Shown one piece after another: positions 60,068 to 64,000 of a stretch of 64,000 nt of DNA. Position 1 is the first letter of the stretch. Every line of letters begins with the position of its first letter. Under the pieces are notes generated by a model that searched no databases, was not told the origin of the DNA, and was given only the letters and a program-made list of their open reading frames with translations. The position numbers were made by a program, and so were the translations under genes. This DNA comes from Nevskia sp. (GTDB lineage: Bacteria > Pseudomonadota > Gammaproteobacteria > Nevskiales > Nevskiaceae), in the NCBI GenBank assembly GCA_019689635.1, contig JADGHB010000009.1:2053-66052 (forward strand), read 5' to 3'.

Positions 60068-60974
60068 GCGCCGCGACCTCGACGGCATCCTGCTGCTCGA
60101 CAAGCCGGCGGGCATGAGTTCGAACGCCGCGGTGCAGGCGGTCAAACGCCTGTTGCGCGCGCGCAAGGCCGGCCACACCGGCAGCCTCGACCCGCTCGCC
60201 ACCGGCCTGCTGCCGATCTGTCTAGGGCAGGCGACCAAGCTCAGCGCCTATCTGCTGGACACCGACAAGCGTTACCGCGCACGAGCGCGGCTGGGTGCCA
60301 GCACGACCACCGGCGACGCCGAAGGCGAGGTGAGCGAGACTTCCGATCCGGCCGCGATCCGTCGCGATCGGCTGGAATCCGCGATTCCGGATCTTTTGGG
60401 CGCAATCGATCAGGTGCCGCCGATGTATTCGGCGCTCAAACGAGACGGTCAGCCGCTGTACCGGCTTGCCCGCACCGGGCAAACGGTGGCGCGTGCGCCG
60501 CGAACGGTCCTGATCCATGAGCTGCGCTTGCTCGAGTTCGACGCCGAGCGCGGCGAGTTCGAGTTCGAAGTGCGCTGCTCTAAAGGCACCTATGTGCGCA
60601 CCCTGGCCGAGGACTGGGCGGCCGCCGTCGGCCAGCGGGCGCACCTGGTCGCGCTGCGGCGCATCGGTCTGGGGAGTTTCACCGCACAAGCGCTGGTGAC
60701 GCTGGAGCAGCTTTCCCTCGCGGCCAAGGCCGGTGAGGCAGAGCATTTCCTCCTGCCCGCGGCGGCGGCTCTCAGCGGCTGGCCGCGCGTTCAGGTCGAT
60801 GCGCCAGCGGCGCGCCGGCTCGCGCAGGGCCAGACGGTCGCCGTGGACGGCGTCGAAGCCGGTCGTGGGGTCGCGATATTCGACCGGCAGGAGCGCCTGC
60901 TCGGCATCGCTCAGGTGACTGCCGATGGATGCCTGCAGCCCCGACGTTGGCTGGCCCCCGCGTCGGCGGCGTGA
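60054..60974 (+). CDS. truB: tRNA pseudouridine(55) synthase TruB
   Basis: DGILLLDKP.G.SSN, KAGHTGSLDPLATG, VPPMYSALK and CSKGTYVRTL motifs. Confidence 0.97.
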   Translation: MTKVERRDLDGILLLDKPAGMSSNAAVQAVKRLLRARKAGHTGSLDPLATGLLPICLGQATKLSAYLLDTDKRYRARARLGASTTTGDAEGEVSETSDPAAIRRDRLESAIPDLLGAIDQVPPMYSALKRDGQPLYRLARTGQTVARAPRTVLIHELRLLEFDAERGEFEFEVRCSKGTYVRTLAEDWAAAVGQRAHLVALRRIGLGSFTAQALVTLEQLSLAAKAGEAEHFLLPAAAALSGWPRVQVDAPAARRLAQGQTVAVDGVEAGRGVAIFDRQERLLGIAQVTADGCLQPRRWLAPASAA

Positions 60975-61062
60975 AGCCGCGGATTGCTTGTGAGAATGCC
61001 ACGGTTCGGCGTAAAATACTTCGTTCACCGAACGAAAGAATAGAGTCTGGAGTCAGTTACTC

Positions 61063-61332
61063 ATGCCGTTGTCTAGCGAACAGAAGCGCGCGGTCGTGGA
61101 AAAATTCCAGCGTGCGCGGGGCGACACAGGTTCTCCGGAAGTGCAGATCGCGCTGTTGTCCGAGCGCATCAACAGCCTCGCCGGCCACTTCGAAACCCAC
61201 AAGAAGGATAACCACTCGCGGCGCGGACTGATCAAGATGGTCAACCAGCGTCGCAATCTGCTCGATTACCTCAAGCGGGAAGACGAGAGCCGCTACAACA
61301 AGCTCATCGCCGACCTCGGCCTGCGCCGTTAA
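61063..61332 (+). CDS. rpsO: 30S ribosomal protein S15
   Basis: [13 protein letters not shown] and [22 protein letters not shown] motifs. Confidence 0.98.
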   Translation: MPLSSEQKRAVVEKFQRARGDTGSPEVQIALLSERINSLAGHFETHKKDNHSRRGLIKMVNQRRNLLDYLKREDESRYNKLIADLGLRR

Positions 61333-61374
61333 ACGCAGGCTTTTTTCTTTTCCGCTGACCGAATCGAGACCGCC

Positions 61375-63474
61375 ATGGTTTATCCCGTCACGCCCATCAA
61401 GAAATCCTTCCGCTACGGCGCCCATACCGTTACCTTCGAGACCGGAGCCATCGCCCGCCAGGCCACGGCCGCGGTGCTCGTGTCCATCGACCAGACGGTC
61501 GTTCTGGTCACCGTGGTGGCCAAGAAAGAGGTCAAGGAGGGCCAGGAGTTCTTCCCGCTGACCGTGGATTATCTCGAGCGCACTTATGCGGGTGGCCGTA
61601 TCCCCGGCGGGTTTTTCAAGCGCGAAGGCCGGCCTACTGAAAAAGAGACGCTCACCTCGCGCCTGATCGATCGCCCGCTGCGGCCGCTGTTCCCGGAAGG
61701 GTTTTACAACGAGATTCAGGTAGTGGCCACGGTGCTGTCCGCCAATCCCGAGATCGATGGCGACATTCCGGCGATGTTGGGCGCTTCTTGCGCGATGGCC
61801 TTGTCCGGCGTGCCGTTCCAGGGCCCGATCGGGGCCGCCAAAGTGGGCTACGCCAACGGTCAATACATTCTCAATCCGACGGCCACGCAACTTGAAACCT
61901 CGGAGCTCGAGCTGGTCGTCGCGGGCACCAAAGACGCGGTGCTGATGGTGGAGTCGGAAGCCAAGCAATTGCCGGAAGACGTGATGCTCGGCGCCGTGCT
62001 GTTCGGGCATCAACAGATGCAGGTGGCGATCCAGGCGATCAACGAACTGGTCGCCGAGGCCGGCAAGCCCAAGTGGGACTGGCAGCCCCCCGAGTCCGCC
62101 AAGGAACTGGTCGCGGCGATCAATGCTTACGAGCCGCAGGTGGCCGAAGCTTACGGCATCGCCGACAAACAGCAACGGCGCGAGGCGCTCGACGCCTTGC
62201 GCAAGCGCGCGCTCGAGTCGCTCGCCGCCGGAGAAACACCGAAGTTTTCGCCCAATGCCGTCAAGACCGCCTTCGGCGAGCTGGAGGCCCGCGTGGTGCG
62301 CCAGCGCATTCTCGACGGCAAGCCGCGCATCGACGGTCGCGACACGAAGACCGTGCGGCCGCTGGCGATCGGCGTCGGCATCCTGCCGCGCACCCACGGC
62401 TCGGCGCTGTTCACGCGCGGCGAAACCCAGGTGCTGGCGACGGTCACGCTGGGTACCGGCAAGGACGCCCAGCTCATCGACGGCATGGAGGGCGAGTGGC
62501 GCGAACCCTTCATGTTGCACTACAATTTTCCGCCATACTGCGTGGGCGAGACCGGTCGGCTCAATGCGCCCAAGCGGCGCGAAATCGGTCATGGCCGCCT
62601 GGCCAAGCGCGGCATCGCCGCGGTGATGCCGGATCTCGAGAAAGAGTTTCCTTACGTGGTGCGCGTGGTGGCCGAGGTGACCGAGTCCAACGGCTCCTCG
62701 TCGATGGCCAGCACCTGCGCCGCCAGCCTGGCGTTGATGGATGCCGGTGTGCCGATCAAGGCCCAGGTGGCAGGCGTGGCCATGGGACTGATCAAAGAAG
62801 GCGAGCGCTGGGCGGTGCTCACCGACATCCTCGGCGACGAAGACCATCTCGGCGACATGGATTTCAAGGTGACGGGCACCGCCGCGGGCGTCACCGCCCT
62901 GCAGATGGACATCAAGATCACCGGCATCACCGGCGAGATCATGAAGCAGGCACTGGAGCAGGCCAAGGCCGGACGGCTGCACATCCTGGCGGCCATGAAC
63001 CAGGTGATCGACCGTCCGCGTGCCCAGATGTCGGAATACGCGCCGCGCATCACCACCATCAAGATCAACCCGGACAAGATCCGCGACGTCATCGGCAAGG
63101 GTGGCGTGACCATCCGCAGCATCACCGAAGAAACCGGTACCACGATCGATATCGAAGACGATGGAACGGTCAAGATCGCCGCGGTGGACGGAGAGGCTGC
63201 CAAAGCGGCGATCTCGCGCATCGAGGCGCTCACCCGCGAGGTGCAGGTGGGCGAAGTCTACGAAGGCAAGGTGGCCAAGCTCATGGACTTCGGCGCTTTC
63301 GTGACCATCCTTCCGGGCAAGGACGGCCTGGTGCACATCTCGCAAATTTCCGACAAGCGTGTCGAGAACGTGGCGGATGAGCTGAGCGAGGGGCAGACTG
63401 TTCGGGTCAAGGTGCTCGAGATCGACAAACAAGGGCGCATCCGCCTGTCGATGAAAGCGGTTGACGTGACTTAG
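61375..63474 (+). CDS. pnp: Polyribonucleotide nucleotidyltransferase
   Basis: [42 protein letters not shown] and GDMDFKV motifs with KH and S1 domains. Confidence 0.98.
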   Translation: MVYPVTPIKKSFRYGAHTVTFETGAIARQATAAVLVSIDQTVVLVTVVAKKEVKEGQEFFPLTVDYLERTYAGGRIPGGFFKREGRPTEKETLTSRLIDRPLRPLFPEGFYNEIQVVATVLSANPEIDGDIPAMLGASCAMALSGVPFQGPIGAAKVGYANGQYILNPTATQLETSELELVVAGTKDAVLMVESEAKQLPEDVMLGAVLFGHQQMQVAIQAINELVAEAGKPKWDWQPPESAKELVAAINAYEPQVAEAYGIADKQQRREALDALRKRALESLAAGETPKFSPNAVKTAFGELEARVVRQRILDGKPRIDGRDTKTVRPLAIGVGILPRTHGSALFTRGETQVLATVTLGTGKDAQLIDGMEGEWREPFMLHYNFPPYCVGETGRLNAPKRREIGHGRLAKRGIAAVMPDLEKEFPYVVRVVAEVTESNGSSSMASTCAASLALMDAGVPIKAQVAGVAMGLIKEGERWAVLTDILGDEDHLGDMDFKVTGTAAGVTALQMDIKITGITGEIMKQALEQAKAGRLHILAAMNQVIDRPRAQMSEYAPRITTIKINPDKIRDVIGKGGVTIRSITEETGTTIDIEDDGTVKIAAVDGEAAKAAISRIEALTREVQVGEVYEGKVAKLMDFGAFVTILPGKDGLVHISQISDKRVENVADELSEGQTVRVKVLEIDKQGRIRLSMKAVDVT

Positions 63475-63575
63475 CCGTGCGCGGATGGCACAATCCCGGC
63501 TTGATCTAAGCTGAAGATTTGTTGAGAATCAGCGGGACGCACCGTTCCAAGCCGCGGTCCTGAAAGTACGCGAGC

Positions 63576-63602
63576 AAAAAAAACCCCCTACTCGGTAGGG
63601 GG
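63576..63602 (-). terminator. Rho-independent terminator
   Basis: 8-bp stem CCCCCTAC/GTAGGGGG (63584-63591/63595-63602) followed by U8 on the minus strand. Confidence 0.85.
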
Positions 63603-63702
63603 CAAGGTGCGAGAAAGGCGCAAGGCCTTTCTGGAGGAGACTCTTGCAGCGTTCATACAATCAAGTTTCATACCAAACGCTGCTTTTCGAAACTCATTGC
63701 TG
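63576..63702 (-). ncRNA. Candidate trans-acting sRNA with an exposed CUCCUCC (anti-SD) motif
   Basis: Flanked by a TTGACG-N18-TATACT promoter and a U8 terminator; two internal hairpins; no convincing ORF. Confidence 0.6.
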
Positions 63703-63708
63703 CATTGC

Positions 63709-63738
63709 AGTATAGATGCCGCGGGTACCAGCCGTCAA
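63709..63738 (-). promoter_or_regulatory. Sigma70 promoter with AT-rich upstream element
   Basis: Minus strand TTGACG (63738-63733), N18, TATACT (63714-63709), with an A/T tract at about 63746-63787. Confidence 0.7.
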
Positions 63739-63908
63739 GTGCGGCAATTTAATAAAAACATTAAAAATCAATAATATAAAAATATCTCCCCGACATCTGT
63801 GATGGCCGTCTCGGTGGCGCCCCTGCCATCCGATGGCGTCGATTGCGGGCTTGAAGCCTTCAGGATCGGCGCACGCCCAAGGAGCACGGGTCCTAAACGC
63901 GACGGATC

Positions 63909-63998
63909 TTAGGGTTTGAGGGAGCTGTCGCCGCGGTCGATCAGGGGCTTGATGACTTTGGCGCGGGAGAGGTTTTTCAGGAACTCGCGGCGCACCGA
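63909..63998 (-). CDS. C-terminal fragment of an unidentified protein (runs off the window end)
   Basis: Open minus frame SVRREFLKNLSRAKVIKPLIDRGDSSLKP*, with TAA at 63909-63911. Confidence 0.45.
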   Translation of the reverse strand, partial: SVRREFLKNLSRAKVIKPLIDRGDSSLKP

Positions 63999-64000
63999 AC

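Noticed and set aside
63594-63671. Short ORF MKLDCMNAARVSSRKALRLSRTLPPTE in the sRNA candidate
   Set aside because: No SD, and the stop lies inside the terminator stem; an RNA function fits better, although a dual function is not excluded.

Overview
This is a high-GC gammaproteobacterial chromosomal segment; the gene content (DUF1329, DUF885, CocE/NonD, DUF3336 patatin, class II DAHP synthase) suggests Nevskiales, which is an inference. Most of it is housekeeping: mutS, ugd, valS-holC-pepA, lptFG, pcnB-folK-panB-panC-panD-pgi, and rimP-nusA-infB-rbfA-truB-rpsO-pnp. It also carries a Csu-type chaperone-usher pilus operon whose usher has an in-frame TAG, an alpha-2-macroglobulin/PBP1C pair, a MarR-OMF-EmrA-EmrB efflux operon, a NitT/TauT-type ABC pair, and three tRNAs (Val-CAC, Glu-CTC, fMet-CAT), each with traces of past integration. 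The most notable non-coding signals are four. (1) A repeated leader cassette sits upstream of both panB and panD: an identical TTGGCG-N17-TACACT promoter followed by two tandem bulged hairpins of consensus GGGYG-YAU-GYCU-N4-GGGC-CGCCC, a candidate pantothenate/CoA regulatory RNA. (2) A candidate anti-Shine-Dalgarno sRNA lies after pnp, with a PhaR-like box that recurs at about 53.7 kb. (3) About 80-bp tandem repeats copy the tRNA-Glu 3' end. (4) A decayed tRNA-fMet-like relic lies in front of rimP. All calls were made by eye from the sequence and ORF track; no database searches were run.
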